From positions 451-64,450 of the IMG/VR virus record IMGVR_UViG_3300037421_000032: a stretch of DNA of 64,000 nt, one strand, 5' to 3'. The position numbers were made by a program, and so were the translations under genes. The notes under the pieces were generated by a model that was not told where the DNA came from, searched no databases, and saw only the letters and a list, made by a program, of their open reading frames with translations. This DNA comes from a virus (taxonomy: Duplodnaviria; Caudoviricetes). Positions within the stretch are counted from its first letter, which is position 1. Each line of letters opens with the position of its first letter. Positions 1 through 8,900 of the stretch are shown here, piece after piece.

Positions 1-343
1 TCCAATGCAAGCGCGGCGACCATTGCTGGGCACCAGCGGCAGCGGCTGTGGGGTTTTGCAGTATAAGACCATCGGTAGAAACTGAACCGATGGGGCCGCC
101 ATTGATCGTGGCGATTGAGCTACCAACGTTGGAGCATTGTGAGAGACCCCCACCAAGTCCAACGGAGAAAGCACCGAGAGTTGTGCAATTTGAACCCCCG
201 CTCGCGGTAACGAACCGGGTATTGGCGCAGAAAAACGTACTATCGCCGGGCGGCCTATCCGGGCAGGTAACATTCTGTGGGCTCGCTGGCGAGGCAAACA
301 GCGAGAGGGCGAGCGCCGCGAGCGCAAGAATCCGCCGCATCAT
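1..343 (-). CDS. 5' part of a large signal-peptide-bearing tail fibre/adhesin-like protein; probably continues into 64000-62036
   Basis: Hand translation MMRRILALAALALSLFASPASPQNVTCPDRPPGDSTFFC...STDGLILQNPTAAAGAQQWSPRLHW. ATGA overlap with the stop of 340..1014; open at the window edge. Confidence 0.75.
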   Translation of the reverse strand, partial: MMRRILALAALALSLFASPASPQNVTCPDRPPGDSTFFCANTRFVTASGGSNCTTLGAFSVGLGGGLSQCSNVGSSIATINGGPIGSVSTDGLILQNPTAAAAGAQQWSPRLHW

Positions 344-1014
344 AGAAACTCCAAGACCGTCAGAGAATGGTTGGCGCCGCTTGCCGCGATGGCATTGAAC
401 GCGCAGTTGACGCGGACGCGGCCCTTCGCTGGAATGCGCAATTCCTGGCCCGGCAAAATGACGATGCTGCCAGCGCCGATGACGGCGGCGAGATTCGACG
501 GACTGACCGCGATAAGCACCGTATCGGGATTGTGCAAGAGAATGCCGCGACGGACGATGTTCTGCCCGATGATCTGCGCCGACGCGGTTCCGAGCGTCGA
601 GATTTGCGTACCAAGGGGCGACGTGATCTGCACATCGACATTCATGTCGGCGAGCGGCGCGGGCTTGGCTGAGCTTTGATCCGTGAAATTCCAGATGGTC
701 AGCGTCGCGTCGGCGTTGTTGTCCGTGACCGCGATCCATGCCGTGTTGACGTTGAAGCGTTCATCGTCGCCCTGGTCGAGCAGCATGAAGGTCGATTGCG
801 GCGCGATCTCGATGCCGCCGGAGCCGCCCGCGAGCGCCATGTTGGCCGGAGCAACGCGCTTGGCGACCGTCGCCGAGGGATTATGAAAGATCACACCATG
901 CCGCACGGCGTCGCTGGCGAGCACTTGCGATGAAACGGTCGTCAAGTTCGTGATGGCGATTGCCACCGGGCCGATGACCGGAACGTCGCCGGCAAGTCTT
1001 GCGAGCACGGTCAT
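340..1014 (-). CDS. putative virion/tail accessory protein with two tandem beta-rich repeats
   Basis: Internal duplication RHGVIFHNPS...VNTAWIA / RRGILLHNPD...VNCAFNA; directly follows the tail fibre stop. Confidence 0.6.
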   Translation of the reverse strand: MTVLARLAGDVPVIGPVAIAITNLTTVSSQVLASDAVRHGVIFHNPSATVAKRVAPANMALAGGSGGIEIAPQSTFMLLDQGDDERFNVNTAWIAVTDNNADATLTIWNFTDQSSAKPAPLADMNVDVQITSPLGTQISTLGTASAQIIGQNIVRRGILLHNPDTVLIAVSPSNLAAVIGAGSIVILPGQELRIPAKGRVRVNCAFNAIAASGANHSLTVLEFL

Positions 1015-2820
1015 CTAAAGATTGTCCTCCCAACCGAGCACGGAAGCATTTTCGACGTTGATCGTGGCCGCGCCGCTCCCGCCGACGTAGACATTCGTAC
1101 TTTCCAAAACCATGTCGCAACTCATGCTGACTGATTGAGTTACGGCGCTCGCCGACGCCGTGGCGAAGGCGTTGGAACACGGGGGGAACGGTGACGTTCC
1201 CGCGGCGGTGGCGTAAGTGTTCGATGGTGCTACCGCCGAGAACCGCGTGGTATTGCTCGCCGATGTAATAGAGACTTGCAGCACGACCTTGACCCTACCG
1301 GCGGTCGGCGGCACGAAAGAAGCAACCGCGACCGCTTGCCATGGCGCGCCAAACGAACTCGCCAAGCTCGGCAATGCTACCGCACTTGTCAGATATTGCG
1401 CGCTGCGCCCACGAATGCGAATGCGCCGCTGTGCGTTGTTGGCAGTCGCGTAGATCGCCCCGACCCGCTTCTTGAAACTGTAGCCTGACGGCATGGTTGG
1501 CGCCGTCGCCGAGAGCGAAGCCAGCCCAGCCGTGGTCGTCCCGTTCGAGATGACGAACAGGTTGTACCAGGCATTGCCCATGCTGCCCGTATCAAGGCCG
1601 TTGGCTCCATTAGAGAGCATGGCGATCGTGACGGCGACCGAGGTTGCGCGCACACCGCGGCCACTCGTATCGACCATGACGACTTCATCTGCTGAAATAT
1701 CCCAGGAGTTGTCAGGATTCCCGGCGTTGTTGTTGATAGCGAGATTGACGAAGCCTGAGAGCGCGAGCGGAACTGCGCCCGAGACGCCGCCGCCGATGTA
1801 CCAGCTACCTGAACTTGCGGCGTCCGTCGTGATCCAGGCCCAGGTACCGACCGGGATGGTCGCGTTAGTGCCGGAGGAATTTTGTTGCGCCTTGATCGTA
1901 TCAGCGGCATTTGGAATGATTGTGACCACGCCGCCGCCAACCACATGAACCCAAAAGCCAAAGCCGTTGAATAGCGTATTTGCCCGCGGCAGGCTGAAAT
2001 TGATCGGACCAGTAGCGATATAAGTGGCGTTGTGGTTTGCCCCGGAGATCGACTGATTGATAGAAACCGCAGTTGTTCCTCCGTTGACGCGGGCATTGCC
2101 GGCGCCGTCGTCCTGCAAACCGACGCCGAAGCCCTCGACCGCGAGCGCGCCGAGGCCGAAGGCGGTACGGCCGGCGGCAAGCGACGCGGCGCCGACCACG
2201 GGCGCCATGGCGGACGATATGGTTCCGGTTGCCGGCGTAACGCCCGCGATTACGTTCCCCGAGCCGTCGAATAGAAGGCCGGTATTTGCCCGCTGTGCGG
2301 CCGGCGGCAAGGTCAGGTTGACCGTGGACGGGTCGGATATGGGCGCCGAGATAACCCGGTTCTGCGCCTCGGCGACCTGCTGCAACTGCATCTCGATCGT
2401 GTCGAGTGCCTGTTCGGTTGCGTTCGGGAGATTCGCCCCTTGATTGGCGAAGACCGTCGTTTGCGTGAGCGGCAGGTTGCGATAGATCGTGAGCGTCGTT
2501 CCCGAGGCTATCGGCGTGCCCGAGGGGTTGTAGGTGACGGAGCCGCCGATGCCCCAGAGCTGGCCGGCGGGCGCGGCGTTCAAGGTCAATTGGTACTGAG
2601 TCACCCCAGGCCCGCGCACGAGCGTCGTCTGATTCCCCGAGGCGTCCGTGTAGAGGACGATGATATCGGCGGCGTTGACGCCGATGAATCCGAAGCCGAA
2701 GACGGTTTGGCTTCCGGTCCCGGCAACAATGACCTTGTTGGCCGATGAAGTAATGGTGGCGTTCGCGCAGGGCGCGAACGCGAAGGCAAAAGCGAGGAAG
2801 GCGAAGATCACCCGTCGCAT
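1015..2820 (-). CDS. tail fibre protein (T7 gp17-like N-terminal adaptor) with an N-terminal signal peptide
   Basis: TITSSANKVIVAGTGSQTVFGFGF...TLTIYRNLPLTQTT...EQALDTIEMQLQQ resembles podovirus fibre N-termini. C-terminal NGANGLDTG...WYNLFVI...PTMPSGY module. Preceded by MRRVIFAFLAFAFAFAPCANA. Confidence 0.85.
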   Translation of the reverse strand: MRRVIFAFLAFAFAFAPCANATITSSANKVIVAGTGSQTVFGFGFIGVNAADIIVLYTDASGNQTTLVRGPGVTQYQLTLNAAPAGQLWGIGGSVTYNPSGTPIASGTTLTIYRNLPLTQTTVFANQGANLPNATEQALDTIEMQLQQVAEAQNRVISAPISDPSTVNLTLPPAAQRANTGLLFDGSGNVIAGVTPATGTISSAMAPVVGAASLAAGRTAFGLGALAVEGFGVGLQDDGAGNARVNGGTTAVSINQSISGANHNATYIATGPINFSLPRANTLFNGFGFWVHVVGGGVVTIIPNAADTIKAQQNSSGTNATIPVGTWAWITTDAASSGSWYIGGGVSGAVPLALSGFVNLAINNNAGNPDNSWDISADEVVMVDTSGRGVRATSVAVTIAMLSNGANGLDTGSMGNAWYNLFVISNGTTTAGLASLSATAPTMPSGYSFKKRVGAIYATANNAQRRIRIRGRSAQYLTSAVALPSLASSFGAPWQAVAVASFVPPTAGRVKVVLQVSITSASNTTRFSAVAPSNTYATAAGTSPFPPCSNAFATASASAVTQSVSMSCDMVLESTNVYVGGSGAATINVENASVLGWEDNL

Positions 2821-2872
2821 GGTTTGCCCTTGTAGCAGATTCGGACGCTCACAACGCAACGGCTAACGGGCT

Positions 2873-3076
2873 TTATCCACCAGTCTTGAGCCCATGGCGG
2901 GCGATGTGCGGATGGTCGGCGCCGGGCCGATGCGGCGGTCCCGGCAGGAACGGCGCGCGAGCGGCGCGCTTGCCGCGGCCTTTCCGGCGCAGTTTTGCCG
3001 GCGCCGCCGTTTGCGGGCGCGTCGCATCGGCCGGACGGTTAGCATCGATAGGAGGGATCGGCGGTTCGTCGATCAT
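2873..3076 (-). CDS. small basic hypothetical protein
   Basis: ORF track; ATGA-coupled to the upstream ORF. Confidence 0.4.
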   Translation of the reverse strand: MIDEPPIPPIDANRPADATRPQTAAPAKLRRKGRGKRAARAPFLPGPPHRPGADHPHIARHGLKTGG

Positions 3077-3234
3077 TCCGTCTCCTTGCCGCGTGCAATT
3101 ACGCGAGTAACATCCGTGAGTGCGATCAGCAACGCCGTCTTTTCCTTGCTCTCAGGCAGGCGGCAGGCAGCGGCTACTGTTTCCAAGGCCGCCATGACGA
3201 GCGCGAATTGTCGTTTCTCGGCGGCCTCGTTCAT
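3073..3234 (-). CDS. small hypothetical protein
   Basis: ATGA overlap with the 3231 stop; GGGAG RBS. Confidence 0.5.
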   Translation of the reverse strand: MNEAAEKRQFALVMAALETVAAACRLPESKEKTALLIALTDVTRVIARGKETE

Positions 3235-5951
3235 CTCCCCTGCCCTAGTCCCCAAGGTGTCCAAGGCACACCCGCGCCCGGCTGATAGCCGGTCATCGTC
3301 CGTCCTTGTTCCTTCTCAAGCCTGCGATTCGTGCGCTGCCACCATCCGGGCGAAGCCGCCTCGAACAGATGATACCATAGCAGATAATCGAGCGCACCTT
3401 TCAGATAGACTAGATTCGCGAACGGGACATGGCGCACCCCGAAATGCGCAAGATCGGCCCATAGGTTCGAGAACCGCCCGCCCTTGGCGACGTGCTCCGT
3501 GTGCAGGTCTTCACGGAAGCGGTTGTAGATGCGAAACAGCGTGTCGATATCGCTGCCGAGCGGCCCGGCCGCCGCCGCCCAGAATCCGGTTCCCATGCGC
3601 GAGGTTTCGCCGAACAGGAAGTCGCCGAACAGGCCGAGGCCGCCGCCCTGGGCGAGCCCGGCGAGAAGCGTTTTCCAATCGCGCGGATCGCGCACCGGAT
3701 GGCCGGTCGCCAGATCGTTGATGACCATGCGGCTGTAGCCGGCGAGCGTCGACAAGCCGATCACAAGGCCCATGCCCTTCGCGAAGTCGGTCTTGCTCAG
3801 GCTCATGTAATACTCGCGGCCGAAGACTTGGTTGATTGCCGCAAGCGGCCAAATCTTGAATTGGAGCAAGAGGTGCTTCGCCTCGTAGTTCATTGAGCCG
3901 GGGCGGTCGCCGCCGTAGTACATCGCGCGCTCGCGCACGCCGGGGACGACGACGGAATGATCGCCGATGTCGTGGAAGTACATCAAGAGCTTGTCGGCGA
4001 CCCCTTGGCGGAAATTCCCCACGGCGCGGTCAAGTTCGGCCGTGCGGCCGGCGAGCCGCGCAGCCTCGGCGCCAGGCTCCAATAGCGACGGTTGTGCCGG
4101 GGCCAGCGTTTCGGGCGGCAATTGCTTGCGCGCCTGGAGCAGATCGAGAACCTGTTGCCGATCGAGATTGAGCGCGTCGGTCGGCGTGAAATACTTGCGC
4201 CCTTCCCATTCCTTCAACTCGCCCGCGCGGCCTTGCAGCAATTTCCATTCCTCCGGCCCGATCCCGTATTTCTGGAGCATCTGGTTAAGATGCGGTTCCA
4301 GTTGCTCGAAAGCCGTCGTGAGATTGCGCGCGAGGTTGTGCGACGCCATTTCCTTGACGGCCGCGCGCGTCACGTCGAAGATGTAATGAATGCCGGTCGC
4401 GCGCATGAAGATGTTTTGCAGCGCGGCGACGCGGCCGGGGATTGTCTCTCCGGGCGAGGTTATGATTGCCCAATTGCGCGCGAAGTTGAAGACCGACCCT
4501 CCCGCAAACGCGCCCATGTCCGAAAGGATTTCTTGCCGCTCGATCGCGCCCTTGCCCTTGAGCAACGCACCTACGATCTTGCCGATGCCCTCCAGCGGCG
4601 AGATTCCATGGTGCCGAAGCTCGGTCGGCGCCGTCGCCCATACCGAAGCAAAGTGAGTCACGCCGACGCCGCCGAGCGATGTCATGTTGTAGGCCGCGCG
4701 GATTTGCGAGCCGAGCGAATGCCACAATTCATTGACCGGGATGTTTGCCGAGCCGTCGAGCCGCGCCATTTCGTTCTTGATCGAATCGACGTTCGTGTTG
4801 AACTTGCGCACGGCGTCAGGATCATCGCGGAATTTCTCGCGCACGCGATCGATCATGGTGTTGAGCGCAAGGCCAGGGTTCGTCCCGAACCGTTCCATCA
4901 AGGCAATGTTCTTGGCGGACTGGTCGATCGAGCGCAGCATGCCGTCGTGCAGCGAGCGATAGCGCCCGTATTGCTGCATGTAGTCGAGCCAGTCGCCGCC
5001 CGACTTCCACAACAGAACCCGTGGCTGCGATAGCCGCTTGGCGAGGTTGCGCGTGCCCTCGAACGTCCCGGCGATGTTTCCGCTTTCGTCTCCCAGCAGA
5101 CCGAAAGCGCCGTCCGGCGTCATGTGAATGCCGGCAACGAGGGCGTCGAACACACTCTTGCCGAACCGCATGCGCGCCCCGGCAATGCTTTCGCCTTCCT
5201 TTTGCACGATGCCGTCGAACGTCCGTTCGGCCAATTTGGGTTCGACGACCTTCCACCACCCGAGAAATGCGTCTTGCGCCGAGCCGGGCGGTCCTCCGGC
5301 CGCGTTGCGTCCGCCCCGCCGGAGCCAATAAGGATCGTGCCAGGTGTGCAGCACGAAATCGAAGGCATTGCCGATGCGCGCGCCGGCCGCGTTCAACCGC
5401 GAATGCACCTCGGCGAGCAACGGCGCGTAGGCTTCGGAAATCTGCCGGGCCGGATCGGATTCGGCGCGCGCCGATTTGCGCCCCGCCGAGATCAGCCGCA
5501 TTTCGTCGGCGACTTCCGAATCAAGCCCGCCGCTGATTGCTGCCTGAAGCAGATTGGATTTCTTTAGCCTGACCTCCAAGGCCGAGAGCCATTGCGAGGC
5601 CATGCCGAGCCATTGCGATTGCGCATTCTCGCGCGAGCCGATGTTGGAGCCCCGTATCGCGTCGTGAAGAACCTGCGCCGCGTCGGCGGGACTGTCGATT
5701 TTCTCGAGAATCGCTTCGCGCTTGAGCGAGTTGCGCAAGGCATCGAGCTTGTCTTTCCGGGCGGTTTCCTTCAACCGCTCGGCCAATTGCTTTGCGGCCG
5801 TGACGAATGGATCAGGATCGCCCGTGCGGCGCATGCGCTCGGCCCGGTCGGCAACCTCGGCCAATAAAGCTTTTGCCGTCTCCGGTCCCATCGCGCCCTT
5901 CGTCGCGATGCGTTCGAGGCAGGCGCCGAATTTGTCGAATTTGATTCTCAT
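3231..5951 (-). CDS. internal virion (ejectosome) protein, T7 gp16-like position
   Basis: Helical, about 900 aa. LLQFK..P, GGGLGLFGDFLFG and PFANL.Y motifs are typical of BPP-1-like internal virion proteins; located just before the tail fibre. Confidence 0.8.
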   Translation of the reverse strand: MRIKFDKFGACLERIATKGAMGPETAKALLAEVADRAERMRRTGDPDPFVTAAKQLAERLKETARKDKLDALRNSLKREAILEKIDSPADAAQVLHDAIRGSNIGSRENAQSQWLGMASQWLSALEVRLKKSNLLQAAISGGLDSEVADEMRLISAGRKSARAESDPARQISEAYAPLLAEVHSRLNAAGARIGNAFDFVLHTWHDPYWLRRGGRNAAGGPPGSAQDAFLGWWKVVEPKLAERTFDGIVQKEGESIAGARMRFGKSVFDALVAGIHMTPDGAFGLLGDESGNIAGTFEGTRNLAKRLSQPRVLLWKSGGDWLDYMQQYGRYRSLHDGMLRSIDQSAKNIALMERFGTNPGLALNTMIDRVREKFRDDPDAVRKFNTNVDSIKNEMARLDGSANIPVNELWHSLGSQIRAAYNMTSLGGVGVTHFASVWATAPTELRHHGISPLEGIGKIVGALLKGKGAIERQEILSDMGAFAGGSVFNFARNWAIITSPGETIPGRVAALQNIFMRATGIHYIFDVTRAAVKEMASHNLARNLTTAFEQLEPHLNQMLQKYGIGPEEWKLLQGRAGELKEWEGRKYFTPTDALNLDRQQVLDLLQARKQLPPETLAPAQPSLLEPGAEAARLAGRTAELDRAVGNFRQGVADKLLMYFHDIGDHSVVVPGVRERAMYYGGDRPGSMNYEAKHLLLQFKIWPLAAINQVFGREYYMSLSKTDFAKGMGLVIGLSTLAGYSRMVINDLATGHPVRDPRDWKTLLAGLAQGGGLGLFGDFLFGETSRMGTGFWAAAAGPLGSDIDTLFRIYNRFREDLHTEHVAKGGRFSNLWADLAHFGVRHVPFANLVYLKGALDYLLWYHLFEAASPGWWQRTNRRLEKEQGRTMTGYQPGAGVPWTPWGLGQGR

Positions 5952-8900
5952 ACGCCCGCCTCGATCAGACATTCCGCCGCCTGGGCATAGGCTTGTTCGT
6001 GCGCCTCGGCAATCCGCATGGCCGCGTCGGCGTCCGCGAGCGCGGCCCGATCGTCAGGATGGATGACGCCGCCTTTCTCCGCAACCGCCCGCTCGGCTTC
6101 CACCAATTGCCGCTCGATCGGCGTCTGCGGACCTCTCGCGAACAGGTCCGGCAGTTCCGGCTCCGGCGGGGCGAACATGCCGCCCGCTTCCCGTTGCGCA
6201 ACCTCGGGGCGGATCATGCCGCGGCCTTGCGCCTCGCGCGCCGCGGCGAGCTGCACGGCTGACCGCTCGCCGCCGGGAAGGATGAGTTGCGGGCGGCCTT
6301 CGGCGCCCGGCTCGGCCTTCGTTTCCAGTCCCGCAAACAGCGGGGCCGCGCCGACTTCCGTAGAGATTGTCCAGTCTCCCCGCCGCCCTGCGGCGGCCAC
6401 CCTATGCACTTCCTCCGTTGCTTCCTGTTCTCCTACGGGGCTTCCGGCACGGTCGGTTGCTGGGGCTGACCGCTCGACTCGGCTTGCCGCGCCTTCATCG
6501 CCAGCATGCTCATCGCCTCGTTCGAGGCCATCTGCGAGCCGAGCGAGATTCCCGCCCTCAGCCTCGCGTCGGATGGCGGCGACGAACTCGCGGACGGCTC
6601 CGGCTGTGTTCCCATCGTCTCTTGCGCGCTTTGCTGCGGCGCCGAGCGCGTCGGAGATTGGCCCCTTGCGCGAGGCGAGGGTCTGGAGGACTTGGACGGC
6701 TTGCGCATCGGCGGTTGCCCTTTTCACGTTCATGTCGGCGGCAAGCACGTTGCCGACCGATTGGAGGATATCGGATTCCTTGACGATGGTGCTGAATATG
6801 GTGCGGTCGCGCTTCAATTGCCGCAACGCCCGATCGAGCACTTTCGCCCGGTCGAGGTAGAGATTCGTCGCCACGTCCTCGGCGCCGAACAGGCCGATTT
6901 GGGTTTCGACATGGGCGCCCGCCTCGATTCCCTGCCGCACGATCGCCTCGGCCTGCACGACGTTCGCCGGCTCGGTCTTGGCGAGCAATCCCAAAAGTGA
7001 TTCCTGCATCTTCGGATCGGACGAAAGCCGACCGACGATCGCCGCATAGTTCGCCGGCACCACGTCGTTGACCACCATGCGGAAGGCTTCATCGGACAGG
7101 TTCACGAGCCCGCGCGCCTGGCGCACCAGTTCCAACCGCGGCGGCAGTTCCTTAATCAGTTCCGGCTTGTCGCGCAGCACCTTGGCCGCATCGACCGCCG
7201 TGCCGGTTCCCTCGGCGATGTTTTTCGATGCCGCGATCGTGCGCGCCTCGATATCGGAAACGCCATCCGCCGCGCGCAATAGCCACCCGTTGAGCATCGG
7301 CCGCTGGTTCGGGTCCGCCTCGGCGATCCGCTTGGCGAGCCCCATGCGTTGATGCCCGTCGACCAAGAATCGTCTGCCGGTTTCGTCCTCCCAGGCGAGG
7401 ACCATCCCGGCCTTGATCGGATCCCAAGTCGTGACCCCTTTGAGCCGATCCGTCACGCCGGCCTCATCGCCGCCTTCCTTGAATTGGAACCGCTTGGCGT
7501 CGATTATCAGCTCGTCGGGACTGAATGAGTGAACCGTGTTCGGGACTTCGGACGGGATGGCCGCCGGGGCGACTGGTTCGGACGGGATGACCGGGGCGGG
7601 AGGGGCGAGCGGCCTTAGAATTTCCGGCGGCTTTTCCGTCGGCTCGCCGAATAGTATCTCGTTGAGCATGTCGCGATCGGCCGTGCTCATCCGCTTGGGA
7701 TTCACGCCGTCGAGCAATGTCGAAACGTAATCGTTGCCTTCGGCCTCTTTCTTCGCTTCGCTGAGCAGCCATTGATCCATTCGGCCGAGGCTGGCAGTCG
7801 CCTTGCGTTCGGTCGTCATATCAATTCTTGGAGCCGGCGCCGTCTCCCTACCGCTTTTCGTGCGGACTATGCCGCCCGTTTCGATCATGACGCCGGGAAC
7901 TCCACCCGCTTCCCTTCCTTCCGCCGGAACGGCGGGCGGCTGCGCTTCTGGAATTGCAAGCCGCCGCCCCCATGGGTCCAGTCCGACTGCGCGCAATTCC
8001 TCGGTCGTGATCCCTTCGCCGCTTTCAAGTCGGCGCAAGGCGGCCTCTTGCTCGGGCGTCCGTGGAGCTACGGCCGGCGTCTCAGCCGGCCTTGCAGGAG
8101 CCCCTCCGACTTCTTCCTCTGCCTCCGTAGGCCGTTCCCCATAAATCCTCTCTGTGACCTCCGCAAGCTCGGCCTGGGGTATTCCTTGGGCGAAGCCATC
8201 CCGGTAAAGATCGGATTCGGCCCGCGCGATTTCCGCAAGATTGACCGGCGCCTGGGTGGCTTCGGCGTGAATTCGCACGACCTCGCGGATGGCCGCTTCG
8301 GTCGCGTTGATGCCGGCGTCGTCGGGACTGGCGAAGCCCCGCATTCGCAGGCTCGCCCTTACCTCATCGAGCGGAATGCGGGCGATCAGCCGGGGCTCGT
8401 AGCCCTGGCCGTGGCTCGGGAAAGAGTAGGAAACGGCGCCCTCGCGAATGCGACGGCCGACGAAAACAGGCTCGGCTCCCTGAATTTCGATCCCTCCGAC
8501 CATCGGCGCATATTCGCCGAATCCTCGGCCTTGCTCGGCCCCATACTCGAACTTCACCCCATAAACCGAGATTGTGTCGCCAGTTCCGCCGCGCGGAACC
8601 GGACCTTCCTCGCCCGTGATCCGCACGAGATGATCCGCCACGGACCGGGCATTTCCCCCGTTGCGACCCGGCAGGCCGCCTTCGGCCGACCCCAGCCGCA
8701 GCACCATGATTTCCTCGCCGGGACCGATCGGCCCGCCGGTATCCTCTCTCGGCGGCCCTTCGGCAGCTTTGATAATGGGATCGACCTCGACGGGCTTCCC
8801 GTCGAGCACTTGCGAGACGGCCGTCTTTACGGCGTCGGCTTGGACGTGGGCTGGGGCTCCAAGGATGGTCTGGGCGACTCGCCACTGGTCGCCGAAGCGG

